A stretch of 64,000 nucleotides of DNA, taken from positions 6,946-70,945 of the IMG/VR virus record IMGVR_UViG_3300027759_000077; one strand, written 5' to 3'. Positions 48,301 to 54,898 of this stretch are shown piece by piece (within the stretch, counting starts at the first letter, position 1; each line of letters begins with the position of its first letter). A program made the position numbers and the translations under genes. The stretch is from a virus. A model generated the notes under the pieces. That model was not told the origin of the DNA. It searched no databases and saw only the letters and a list, made by a program, of their open reading frames with translations.

Positions 48301-50323
48301 ATACACCAAGGGTATCTCCTAAAGCCTCTCGTTCTTTTTCTGCCATCCGTTCTCTTGGTTTCCAATCACTATCATCGTTATCCTTCTTGATACCAGCACC
48401 GGTATGTTTTACATCTTCTGCAAAACCACCTTTTTTAATACCTTGCATACGTCTTAAATGGGCGCTTAATTCTTCTTCTTTAGCGAATAAAAAATCAACG
48501 TAGGGGGCAATGCGATCTTCCCCAAATTCGTCAATCATCGTGTGCGTATCACCAGCATCTTTAGCAGCGTTTTTTCGGTCTTGGTACGGTTTTGCAAGAG
48601 GAGCTTGCTTTGCTCTACGCTCGTCTCGTTCAGTCTTTGTTTGTAATTCTCTGGCTTTTTTTTGTAGGTCGTAAAATGTTTTTGCCTTGTTTACTTTTAG
48701 CTGCAAAAAAGCAAGGTACGGAGCAATCTTTTCGAGATCATCGTTTTCTTGTTTTGTATTGCCAGTACCTAAATCAATAACCAGGCTTTCTTTTTTCTTT
48801 CGTGCTGTTTCACCAGCATAAAATTCTTCCGAGTGTTGCTTCTTTTTTTGAAGCCATGCAGTGTACAAGGCTAAAGAAGCCGCTTGGTCTGAAGCAGCGG
48901 TTTTAGAAGCGTCGCTAGTAGGGTCTAGTAAACTAGCGGCTTTGGCAGCTTTGGCATCGGCATAATACTTTTGGGTGTCGGCAGCTTTTTTATTGAGGTA
49001 TTCTAAATGGGCTTTTTCCCCCTCAGCTATGCGGGCTTTTTCAGAAGTGTTTTCGGGAGTACCGGGGGTTGCCTTTTTCAACTTTACGCTTGCGTGATAC
49101 TCTTTTGTTAATTGGGATTTGTCCGTAAGATATTTTTCATGTGCAACTTTGTCTTCAGCACGACGTGCTTCCTCTTCCGCAAATTCGGCAGTCCCAACGG
49201 TTTTTTTAGCGTTTTTTATTTTTTCATAATAGTTTTTAGATATTTCTGCCTTATTAGCAAGGTATTCTAATTGAGATTTTTCTTCGTCTTTTAAACGATC
49301 TTTTTCACTATCGTTTTCGGGAGTGCCGGGAGTACTCTTTTTTAACTTTATGTTTTCATGATATTCTTTTGTTAATTTAGATTTTTGGGCAAGGTATTCT
49401 AAATGGGCTTTATTATCTTCATTACGATGCTTTTGTTCTTCAGCGTTTTCTACTGTTCCAATTGTGTTTTTAGCGGTCTTTATTTTTTCGTAATAGTCTT
49501 TAGTCATTGCCGCTTTTTTAACAAGGTAAGCTAAATGATCTTTTTCTTCGTCTTTTAAACGAGATTGTTCCGCTGTGTTTTCTGTCGTTCCAATTGTATT
49601 TTTAGCGGTCTTTATTTTTTCGTAATAGGCTTTGGTCATCTCAGCTTTTTTAACAAGGTAAGCTAAATGATCCTTCTCTTCATCTTTTAAGCGAGCTTGT
49701 TCCGCTGTGTTCTCAGGTGTGCCGGGGGTAGCTTTCTTTGCCTTGACCGCATTGTGATAGTCTTGTGTTAGTTTTGTTTTGTCAGCAAGATATTTTTCAT
49801 GTGAGGCTTTGTCTTCAGCACGACGTTTTTCTTCTTCTGCAAACTCGGCAGTACCCGCAGTTGTTTTTGCGGTTTTTATTTTTTCGTAATAGTTCTTCGT
49901 CATCTCCGCTTTGTCACGTAAAAACTGTTCGTGATCTTTAAGGCGCTGAGCATCGTCTTTCGTGGAATCTGACGTTCCTGTTTCTTTTGCGATTTGTTGC
50001 TTGATACGGATTTTACCAAGTTCACGGAAAGCGAATTGGTTAAAGTGATCGTGATCTGATTGACGATCCATGCGGTGAGGAGATGAAGATCCGCTAGGTT
50101 TACTAAAGTGTGACCTAGCGGAATGCATTATAAATGCGAGGTGGGAAAACTCGATGCCAATGGTTTTGGCAGATTCTTGAATAGCATCTAGCTGAACACT
50201 AAAGCGGGAGAGAGAAGCGGACATCTGAGAAAAGTTCTCAAATATCTTTCGGACAGCTTCCTGTCCTGTATAAGGAACTTGGGAAAGTTTGGGGTTCTTG
50301 TGTCCGTCACCTTGACTTGCCAT
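39362..50323 (-). CDS. Giant multidomain tape measure protein (3653 aa)
   Basis: Follows the frameshifted tail chaperone. Long Gly/Ala/hydrophobic C-terminal tract and GSDTVPAM..GERVI motif; embedded DEDDh, SNase and Zn-ribbon domains. Confidence 0.8.
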   Translation of the reverse strand: MASQGDGHKNPKLSQVPYTGQEAVRKIFENFSQMSASLSRFSVQLDAIQESAKTIGIEFSHLAFIMHSARSHFSKPSGSSSPHRMDRQSDHDHFNQFAFRELGKIRIKQQIAKETGTSDSTKDDAQRLKDHEQFLRDKAEMTKNYYEKIKTAKTTAGTAEFAEEEKRRAEDKASHEKYLADKTKLTQDYHNAVKAKKATPGTPENTAEQARLKDEEKDHLAYLVKKAEMTKAYYEKIKTAKNTIGTTENTAEQSRLKDEEKDHLAYLVKKAAMTKDYYEKIKTAKNTIGTVENAEEQKHRNEDNKAHLEYLAQKSKLTKEYHENIKLKKSTPGTPENDSEKDRLKDEEKSQLEYLANKAEISKNYYEKIKNAKKTVGTAEFAEEEARRAEDKVAHEKYLTDKSQLTKEYHASVKLKKATPGTPENTSEKARIAEGEKAHLEYLNKKAADTQKYYADAKAAKAASLLDPTSDASKTAASDQAASLALYTAWLQKKKQHSEEFYAGETARKKKESLVIDLGTGNTKQENDDLEKIAPYLAFLQLKVNKAKTFYDLQKKARELQTKTERDERRAKQAPLAKPYQDRKNAAKDAGDTHTMIDEFGEDRIAPYVDFLFAKEEELSAHLRRMQGIKKGGFAEDVKHTGAGIKKDNDDSDWKPRERMAEKEREALGDTLGVSASYSQPLQEYMSYLGLKESVLSAHLTAMESIRNKAKTPEQLERIEQKKKTKEENKIKDADPNYKKSDDKDRIEEEKSYYVKFIEDLQTFYDKKYSVTMLGEERMDGLWSSIKSKRKSGKKDVDAIINPDPKNPLAPEDNKVGKKKKGSKKDKQEFTEAVKQSDISEKYIIVVDTETASKSGTKVGTDEYFRSAEIIQVAASVIDKATGNVVKSLNIFVDKPDTHSLAENDKFDNLRNAYNAAPKVSKDEAATILSSFLDEFEGKEGGMVGVAKSSFDQKLGKNAGHEDETDPLKNQLKRILPSTEQERNDSSVTKTVDLASLLKQLITFQKKANVLLGKDPHSEIQDALNEVHAKRLDDAEFPEDANVARANAAKDKRNDYEGKTDFTIEVLAEHFGVESVAHDASGDVAAEGLVFLKILEQMQALPESLDTRGPKTKAEDNAKIDSNVGALAEFMKGIRENIGGIKSQSTQNFKERVSGDDIFVSAMSVLESILAPLVGSFAKFKPEDVKDYYPNSIEARNKDAIEEGQEENFEDNVSSLIDSLGKQLGISIPKLFKVISIHAGESIEGTGKNKGASYSGAVHRIKEKGSDQFSQGLELAVPPSAFEKGNEAQLAQVRASLLEEVLHGLLNKTGSPVSLEGGQKELLQAIVTSGEGVDDNAFSDTTTDSNGKKVKKGYLSDPQELIMAAVIKMFSGANIPDLIKAKAPKDKNVQFALSTINVTKPLQAFITRAFKSLKVPVISAAVLGSLMVGMAGGAESKPLESHIQDSRVEAQVEKDRVRDVIEKQEEEREVAGLPPRVEPQSKPISTPAQVEAAKKAAAAKHSAQIQAVRNQQQQAAALAAFNAPSMPLTDTQAPAGGLGGGAAANQSGSVVFGNTPTTPPPNVNKNVALADLPFALVDSVTDGDTVKLTIKFADGSTQQLSLRMYGYDAPESKGDKWQEQPGAKAAKAALAKLLTNKKLKLKLKGVSHNRRVGDLIDADSGQSISQQMVAEGHGMPYMVEPQDEAAFAAARNQAAKDKKGLHGQKGAEPIAPETWRSPRLSPEFRQHHIEQFNAANGIVPTPEVVPPPIQIVPPVVPIVPPEIPAEVPPIVPVVPPVVPIVPPVVPDIPVVAPSAVPPVVPPSAGPTEGGNSSIPFLAKLIASIFALSASGAALAGFYDVGGTKKQDKIKEKIELANKKLNRLRKDFNELLSIKKIKVGNKEDTTQVSGLILTTLDDMIKEATSKLGLEKELQANIDGSDTSPGIKTASTYLNSLIQRKEKTLNSINTPVVNPTATPKPKKKPAATTPAAKPAAASGPKPVSPLAFSFPTSTSSIVPPEAPAASGTGSGSSPQAISVTCGACGATYKLPISAAGKKVKCPRCSAAIEASTGKPVTPATPASTAGSSPVNPAAAGSTAGPVPTAGATTEPVVGTPPIVTAGSTPVTAPVNTAEPDFATKRIDSKLLESSTDDELVALLDGIKKYASEILKNGKATANPLFLKLARANGNLIIAQLNETRRAAKAASAAAAASASATKADADKEPEVTKDATTKDAAKTKEASAEDKDKFEIKNPTAPATDKFKEQIPLTLGEAIAETWNRLSGQAYKEPVQEDAKEPGDEKGFFQKHVEGVTTKKVEKAHDDAKDAEGFSKNVNVKDEEDLILFGKALTKADDSVNTAIDSITNHIGIFGDSLDPEELELWNKELQDLEIKAQLLRDALVATAKALEKFAVAVDSDDDEEETPVPQRGVPNKGSTPPPKKKPAPVNPASTGAPASPTANPAPKGGSKPTPRYGHDSSVKGSGILGDDEAFDYAADEAQAQVNRSQAWDDENHAIKLEEVEAELAGGSAPTKNPTKIGDDAEEIPDEYIEQNAIEEPEEVAAENIANDDYELDSDNYETINADDSSDLDSPVFSTSSATPTTSKPSSTSVSKPPVVNAPEEIATPELSDPDFSEALEDENDQGPQEGLEMGSEWDLNTNDFEENPFELDFDDYDVNKDDKRVEDEAAAQKEVEANYTPNQKKFWEDIAKEKEEEEERAGLSSGLSTGDRTKEWLRNKLINQLLGERIRDGLEGEDAEDRKDEIRERLSKQYDVLDDNYDLASSPPLELDKDLDKPKDSLDIYKSMGGTIGYASDGTSVEKPSIFGGIFNSIFGKAKPKKKWKPPTNYHPTKNNWDTDTNFENKYRSGGGDIEKKGFFGNIFDNIFGEAKPKKKWKPKPNKEMVKNNWNTDDTFENSYRALGGDVSNKKDNSKSLSDLIFKPRGSDTVPAMTPEGQPYMLEKGERVIKRSESEKNKDLLDNINDGKIKKPPVYAASGTTAGGSKGGSSKGGSSGSSKGGSSKGGSGGGTPPPATRPTSMGSSSGDPLAPLGAWVKDFIANSRVGVIGGSFMALGKAVQGAMYSLGNFVKGASPDTFSTLQGSIALLTGSIGIGLIPVFLRASSIIQGWAKDIQNGTGVMGGLVTGVTKFIDSIDQGTLEFLVGVGLFVAGLTMFAPVLGIVIPIITGLAAGFSLLSMPLVAFGVLVVAILDKAGLLGPALNMLVSGVSFVVSALATGVGIIVSVVGTLLGAVTSFVGFFVGIGASIGGYILGLFSPLAPFFNMLGQVLFGLVGVIGAAIGIWAMFGGTVMAVIGFFSGLVGSVVALFGAVAGFFTTVGSLSGLFTLLYTWCAGLVTSFAAAVASTWTYVANMAKAAIAVIAANPMLAAFALALGAGIVAIGLWEKAAIKAAEAKSQGDKNSRETSTEKKYAEGIADTGGKTKEGRVNALETEAAKQRKVALKSKNDANDLEYGKNGVKMDKKAAKSMREGTVQEEGRKLNALENQLLVEQDPNQAKVRNQAVTDRDNGVTAEQASARDNPKGIDTGLGFKLPPMPDFKDLKLPKFDFKLPKFELPGQKKKTPEEEAEAAKKKKADDIASAKQGVAASMGSMKSQSSFSSVEEAYKKIQVSALGDDPMTVELKKIQEQSLARMLIELQKLNGTNKVIAEKKPEGVGA
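48950..49950 (-). repeat. 132-bp (44-aa) repeat, about 8 copies, in the TMP N-terminus
   Basis: KDEEKDHLAYLVKKAxMTKxYYEKIKTAKNTIGTxEN units; AACAAGGTAAGCTAAATGATC recurs with a 132-bp period. Confidence 0.8.
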
Positions 50324-50328
50324 GACAA

Positions 50329-50664
50329 TTACCCCTGTTTTTCGTTTTGTTTCTTAATTGCTTCATCAATGAACTTTTGATTATCGGCTTGACCTTTAGT
50401 CCATAATGCTTGTGTCTCTTCTTCCGATAAACTTTTCCAGTCCCTATGAACCTTCCAAAAGATTTCTTTTTCGCTTTGCAATTGCCCAATAGGTTCGTCC
50501 GCTTCTTTTGGTCTAAAGAAAACGTTCTTAATCTGATAAGGAGTTAATAAACCAATCTCTTCCATGCTAAGATTGAAAGGCTCTTTAACTAAAGCGGAAA
50601 AAATACCTGCTACAGTTATCCGGCGGCCTGGTTCTGAGTTGCCTCCGGACCATTCGGGTTTGGG
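50329..50664 (-). CDS. Tail assembly chaperone C-terminal extension (gpT-like), reached by -1 frameshift
   Basis: The -1 frame is open from the slippery site through ITVAGIFSALVKEPFNLSMEEIGLLTPYQI to the stop at 50329. Confidence 0.7.
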   Translation of the reverse strand, partial: PKPEWSGGNSEPGRRITVAGIFSALVKEPFNLSMEEIGLLTPYQIKNVFFRPKEADEPIGQLQSEKEIFWKVHRDWKSLSEEETQALWTKGQADNQKFIDEAIKKQNEKQG

Positions 50665-51059
50665 TCGTTATTTGCTTCCCCAACCTTATTCATCATCTCT
50701 TCCAAACGGCTCTGTACCAATTCATCAACAATGTTGATTTCGATCTCAGGATGGTTTGGAGTAAGACAAAGAAAAAGGATTTTCTTAAAGTGGGTCAACG
50801 TCTGCATGGCTCGCATACAAGGCGGGGATCCAAATGCATAGTAACCTTCTGCAATGTCTTTTTGAGTCTTAGCAATAAGGTCAGAATACTCTTCTGCTGT
50901 TAAATACTGACGCATACGTTTTGCTATGCGAACTGCGTGATCTTCTAAATACCTTTCAAACTCACCTTGGATTTTGTATGTCCACGGGGAACATGTGTAC
51001 GTTTTACCGTCATGTTCAAAACTACTTCCTAATCCCAAAGCTCTCGAAATCTCAGCCAT
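50616..51059 (-). CDS. Tail assembly chaperone (gpG-like)
   Basis: Between the tail tube genes and the TMP; contains a slippery heptamer near its end. Confidence 0.75.
   Translation of the reverse strand: MAEISRALGLGSSFEHDGKTYTCSPWTYKIQGEFERYLEDHAVRIAKRMRQYLTAEEYSDLIAKTQKDIAEGYYAFGSPPCMRAMQTLTHFKKILFLCLTPNHPEIEINIVDELVQSRLEEMMNKVGEANNDPNPNGPEATQNQAAG
50658..50664 (-). promoter_or_regulatory. -1 programmed frameshift site C CCA AAC
   Basis: In-frame XXXYYYZ heptamer (GAC CCA AAC) just after the last upstream stop of the -1 frame. Confidence 0.75.
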
Positions 51060-51068
51060 TTTAAACTC

Positions 51069-51545
51069 CTACAGGAAAATTATGTCATAGTCTGGATGAT
51101 TGTTTTTCCCGCTAAAAACCATCCTAACGATTCCACGAACTTCTACCGTCATCGTTATTTGTGTAATAAGAAATTTTTGAAAGTGCCAATAAGCACCCGG
51201 TAATACTGTCTTACTTGGAAACAATTGTAACGGGTATTCCTTGCCGGGTTGAACGCTGTGTCCTGCTGTAATCCAATTAGTGAACCGTCCTACCCCGTTT
51301 TGATTCACGGCAATTGTGTCATAAAAAGCTTCAATTGTTGCGCTAATATCGCAAACCTTTGGAATGGCATATTTAGTATTAAATTTGTAAGCCGAAGCGT
51401 CTACTCTTTGAGCAGTGGAAGCTTGAGCACCTTGAGTGCTTGTCATATCTTCTGTTTCAACTGAGTAGTCTACTGTCCATTTATTAGCCCGCATGACTTG
51501 ACCCGCTAAAACCACTCTGCCGTCATATCCCATTAATACGGCCAT
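51069..51545 (-). CDS. Tail tube protein paralog 2
   Basis: GYDGRV..KWTVDY..EVRGIVRMVFSGK; similar to 51604-52080. Confidence 0.6.
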   Translation of the reverse strand: MAVLMGYDGRVVLAGQVMRANKWTVDYSVETEDMTSTQGAQASTAQRVDASAYKFNTKYAIPKVCDISATIEAFYDTIAVNQNGVGRFTNWITAGHSVQPGKEYPLQLFPSKTVLPGAYWHFQKFLITQITMTVEVRGIVRMVFSGKNNHPDYDIIFL

Positions 51546-51562
51546 AAATGCCCCTTCAATTA

Positions 51563-51588
51563 TTGAGGAGGTTTTTAAGCCTCCTCAA
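51563..51588 (-). terminator. Hairpin between the tail tube paralogs
   Basis: 9-bp stem TTGAGGAGG/CCTCCTCAA. Confidence 0.55.
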
Positions 51589-51603
51589 CAAAGTTAAACA
51601 TTA

Positions 51604-52080
51604 TTAAGCCAAAGTTATACTTGTACCACCAGATACTTTACCAGAGATGGTGTATTTGATTACACCACGTACTTCGGTATCAACCGTAAGGTTTTCAACC
51701 AAAGCCTCAAACTCAAATTTACGAGTTATAGAAGGATTATTAGCAGCAGCTAAATTACCATATTTAGCTTCAGGTGCTTTATTAGTATACAATTGGCATT
51801 TAATCCTAGCACCGGGCTTAAGCGAAGGTATAATGCCAAGTTCAATGTCGTAAAAAGCATCTAGATTGAATTCAAGATCCGACATGGATTGAACATATCG
51901 ACTAATCGGGGTAATAGCACCGTTAGCACCCCCCGTTTCTTCTTCAAAACTTGAACAATCTTGTAATTCAGTTTTGTAAGTTACAGACCATTTGGTAGCA
52001 AGTAAGTTACTCTCAGCGTATGCTGGGGCAATCCCTGCAACAGTTACACGACCACGAAAACCGGAAATTGCTGTAGCCAT
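51604..52080 (-). CDS. Major tail tube protein (paralog 1)
   Basis: GFRGRV..KWSVTY..EVRGVIKYTISGK; position after the neck genes. Confidence 0.65.
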   Translation of the reverse strand: MATAISGFRGRVTVAGIAPAYAESNLLATKWSVTYKTELQDCSSFEEETGGANGAITPISRYVQSMSDLEFNLDAFYDIELGIIPSLKPGARIKCQLYTNKAPEAKYGNLAAANNPSITRKFEFEALVENLTVDTEVRGVIKYTISGKVSGGTSITLA

Positions 52081-52122
52081 TAAAAATACTCCTAAAGTTA
52101 ATGATTAAGATCAAAAAGTAAA

Positions 52123-52641
52123 CTACTCCCCTGCAAGTCCAATTCGAACTACAACGGGGAGGGTACTGTCGAGGTTGATGATTTTAAGAATGTCACCGGT
52201 TGTAGCTGTCACTGCATAAGCAGCAGCATCTTTACAAGCAAGCTGGAAACAGCCACCATTCTTAATTTTAATTTTATCAGTAGCATCACCCAAGAAACTT
52301 GAGAAAGCAGCGGTTGAGCCACCTACTGAAATAGAGTCTCCGGTGCTAGCATCGGAAACTACAACCTCAATATAAATTAATCGGATTTTGGTAAAAGTGG
52401 TTGTGGCTGAAAAAACGTCAACCAACACACCAGCAAGGTCTAAATCTACGGAAGCACCACCCGCAATGGTGATTTCATCTGCGTAAAATTTGTTTGCTGC
52501 ATTTGCACCAGTGCCTTGGGAAAGACTAGCACTGTAGCCAAAAGAACCGGAATTAGAAGTGTCACTTCCAACATTGGTTGTTTTTGAAAAACCCCAGCTA
52601 AAACCAGCTTTAATTCCAGAAATAGATAGCGAAGTAGCCAT
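52123..52641 (-). CDS. Virion structural protein
   Basis: QGTGANAAN..DLDLAG..VTATTGDILKI; between neck and tail tube genes. Confidence 0.6.
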   Translation of the reverse strand: MATSLSISGIKAGFSWGFSKTTNVGSDTSNSGSFGYSASLSQGTGANAANKFYADEITIAGGASVDLDLAGVLVDVFSATTTFTKIRLIYIEVVVSDASTGDSISVGGSTAAFSSFLGDATDKIKIKNGGCFQLACKDAAAYAVTATTGDILKIINLDSTLPVVVRIGLAGE

Positions 52642-52663
52642 TAAAAATCTCCTTAGTAAAAAA

Positions 52664-53371
52664 CTATAATGTCCTAGTTACTATAATATCGTATGTTACA
52701 GATCCCCGATAGATTAAATTACCATCTTTATACCTAAAATTTTCAGAACCAACAGATTGCTTCACCGGCTGGACAGAAACCGATTTAGTGGTTCCTTGTT
52801 TAAAAGTGATGGGTTGCCAATCAAAATGGGATCGGATCAAGTCGATACACTCATCGGCCAAGAAAGCTCCTGGCGCAAAACAGATGAATTCTAAGTTTGT
52901 ACCTTCAAAATAAAGACTCTCCATCAAAAAGGTAAAGTCCCTGTCGCTGTCTCGAACAATGACATAAGGCATCACAAGTGCTTTTTTATCTATTGATTCG
53001 GGAGCTTCGTTAGCAAACAACCCTCCGGGGAACTTTGCTAACAGGGCAGAGTTGGAGTACCACTTACTTTTTATGGCACTAAGAATAGAGTCAGGTTCGT
53101 TTAAGTCTATAGAAGAAAAAGCGGGTAAAGATATTGACCCTTGAGCGTCTTTAGTTATCGCAAAAATTTGCTGGTAAGAATATGCGTTTCTTCCTGTAAC
53201 GTTTATAACCCCAGAAGCGGAGATAGATGCAAAATAATAATATTGGCTACTAAGGTTATCTGTCGTGCGAACATACAGATCACAAGTATACCCAGCAGGA
53301 AAAGTTAAAGCGCAACCATAAGACGTAGCGTTAGTTCGAGAGAGAGTGAGGGTTGGAAGGGGAAGAGGCAT
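52664..53371 (-). CDS. Tail terminator/completion-like protein with N-terminal extension
   Basis: Synteny; APE..MPYVIV and YRGSVTYDI patterns. Confidence 0.55.
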   Translation of the reverse strand: MPLPLPTLTLSRTNATSYGCALTFPAGYTCDLYVRTTDNLSSQYYYFASISASGVINVTGRNAYSYQQIFAITKDAQGSISLPAFSSIDLNEPDSILSAIKSKWYSNSALLAKFPGGLFANEAPESIDKKALVMPYVIVRDSDRDFTFLMESLYFEGTNLEFICFAPGAFLADECIDLIRSHFDWQPITFKQGTTKSVSVQPVKQSVGSENFRYKDGNLIYRGSVTYDIIVTRTL

Positions 53372-53712
53372 TAGGGAACAACCTCCCGTCCCTCAATCAT
53401 GTAGACGGAATTCTTACCCGCTTGATTAAAAAATCCGGTTATTAAATAATAGGTTTCGCTGCCTACAAGTCTTATACGATCCCCACGTTTAGATTTAAGA
53501 TCCGAGCTAAGGTAAATACGGTGGGTAATTACTATTTGGCGGGAAGCATACTCTTGTCTAATCTTACTAGAAACAGGCTGAATAGATGCATAAATGTTTA
53601 CAGCGTCGGGTACGGGTTCCCAAACTTCCCTTTTTGATCCGGCTGAAGCGTCAATCGTTATCAAAGGTCGTTCAAGAGTTATCAATTGGTTGAGAAGGTG
53701 CGTTGAAAACAT
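53371..53712 (-). CDS. Head closure / head-tail adaptor (SPP1 gp16-like)
   Basis: ITLERP..YASIQPVS..THRIY..GDRI. Confidence 0.75.
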   Translation of the reverse strand: MFSTHLLNQLITLERPLITIDASAGSKREVWEPVPDAVNIYASIQPVSSKIRQEYASRQIVITHRIYLSSDLKSKRGDRIRLVGSETYYLITGFFNQAGKNSVYMIEGREVVP

Positions 53713-54380
53713 TACAGGGATTGCTCCCTATATCTTGTAAGGATTTGATCCACAGAAGCAATCATAGGATTAGTTGCATTCAATGAAGGATCAAATAACT
53801 TGTATTCGTAATCCCCAATTTTTTCGGATGCTAAAACCCCACCAACATTTACATTACGACGCATAAAAGAAACTAAAAGACAAACGGCATATTGGAGGTC
53901 TTGAGGAACCTCTTCAAATCCAGCGGTGTAGCTGACTTTTAGATTGCCGTAGGTAGGCCCTATTTCCGCTGACAATTTGCCGGGGAAGTAAACCCTCCCT
54001 ACTTCCATCCAAACACCACCGATACGAATGACTAACCCAGACTTAGATTCGGTTGTTCCCGTGTCTACATCTAAAACGTAATGGTAACCTTGGGTTAATA
54101 AACTGGCAGGAAGAAAAGAACTTTCACGTGTTCCGTTATAAGCGTTAAAATCTTCGTTAATACTTTGAATAGAAAGGACGGGTCGATTGCGAAGTACAAT
54201 CGATCTTTGCGAGTTACCAGCGTAGTATTCGGTGTAGGTGTTTTTTTCTATGTTTCGTTTGATGCGAGACAAAACGATAGATTCGGCAGCAGATTGGATT
54301 GCTTTGATTTGGCGGTCTTGGGCAGTATCAGACCCCGGAATATTTAAGAATGCCTTAAGCTGTGGGAGGCTAGTGAGCAT
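53712..54380 (-). CDS. Head-tail connector (HK97 gp6/SPP1 gp15-like)
   Basis: LTSLPQLKAFL, VSYTAGFEEVPQDLQYA, SEKIGDYEY. Confidence 0.85.
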   Translation of the reverse strand: MLTSLPQLKAFLNIPGSDTAQDRQIKAIQSAAESIVLSRIKRNIEKNTYTEYYAGNSQRSIVLRNRPVLSIQSINEDFNAYNGTRESSFLPASLLTQGYHYVLDVDTGTTESKSGLVIRIGGVWMEVGRVYFPGKLSAEIGPTYGNLKVSYTAGFEEVPQDLQYAVCLLVSFMRRNVNVGGVLASEKIGDYEYKLFDPSLNATNPMIASVDQILTRYREQSL

Positions 54381-54407
54381 GATATATCCGGGGTTGAAGT
54401 TTACTGC

Positions 54408-54827
54408 TTAGCTAACTAACGCACCATTACCAGTGCCTGCAATTTTCTTGCCTGCAATGATTACAACAGACAAGGGCAAAGCGGTTGGAGCACCGGTTAC
54501 TGTTGCAACAGCACGAAGGTACTGTTTGTTACGAAGAAGCTTACCCAAGAACTGGAACTGGCCACTAAGGTCAGCACCAGAAATGGTGTCAAAAGACTTA
54601 AGGTCTGTCCAAACGGAATCGTCTGAACTCTCTTGTACTTTGACAGCAAGGGTAGGGGCTGTGCCACCAGAAAGGGTTCCGGTAACTAGCAACACATTGA
54701 CGACTCCGTCAGATAGTTGCATGTCAACAGTAGCTCCGGTAACGGTAGATGCGGGTGCGGTAACGGGTGCAATGGTTGCTGCGCCCATACCTTGATTCTT
54801 TAGATCGGCAATAAATGTAGCTGGCAT
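54408..54827 (-). CDS. Capsid decoration/cement protein
   Basis: Directly after the major capsid gene; TGATVD..VKVQESSDDSVWTD..KQYLRAVAT. Confidence 0.7.
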   Translation of the reverse strand: MPATFIADLKNQGMGAATIAPVTAPASTVTGATVDMQLSDGVVNVLLVTGTLSGGTAPTLAVKVQESSDDSVWTDLKSFDTISGADLSGQFQFLGKLLRNKQYLRAVATVTGAPTALPLSVVIIAGKKIAGTGNGALVS

Positions 54828-54858
54828 TGTGAAAGGTCCTTATATTTAGGGTAGTAAA

Positions 54859-54883
54859 GCCCAGAGATTATTAGTCTCTGGGC
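54859..54883 (-). terminator. Terminator-like hairpin after the major capsid gene
   Basis: Stem GCCCAGAGA/TCTCTGGGC followed by TTT on the minus strand. Confidence 0.6.
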
Positions 54884-54898
54884 AAAGATCAAAGGTTA

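Noticed and set aside
1366-54883. Shared CCCAGAG/CTCTGGG stem in two hairpins as a mobile repeat family
   Set aside because: Only two short instances with different loops; adequately explained as terminators.
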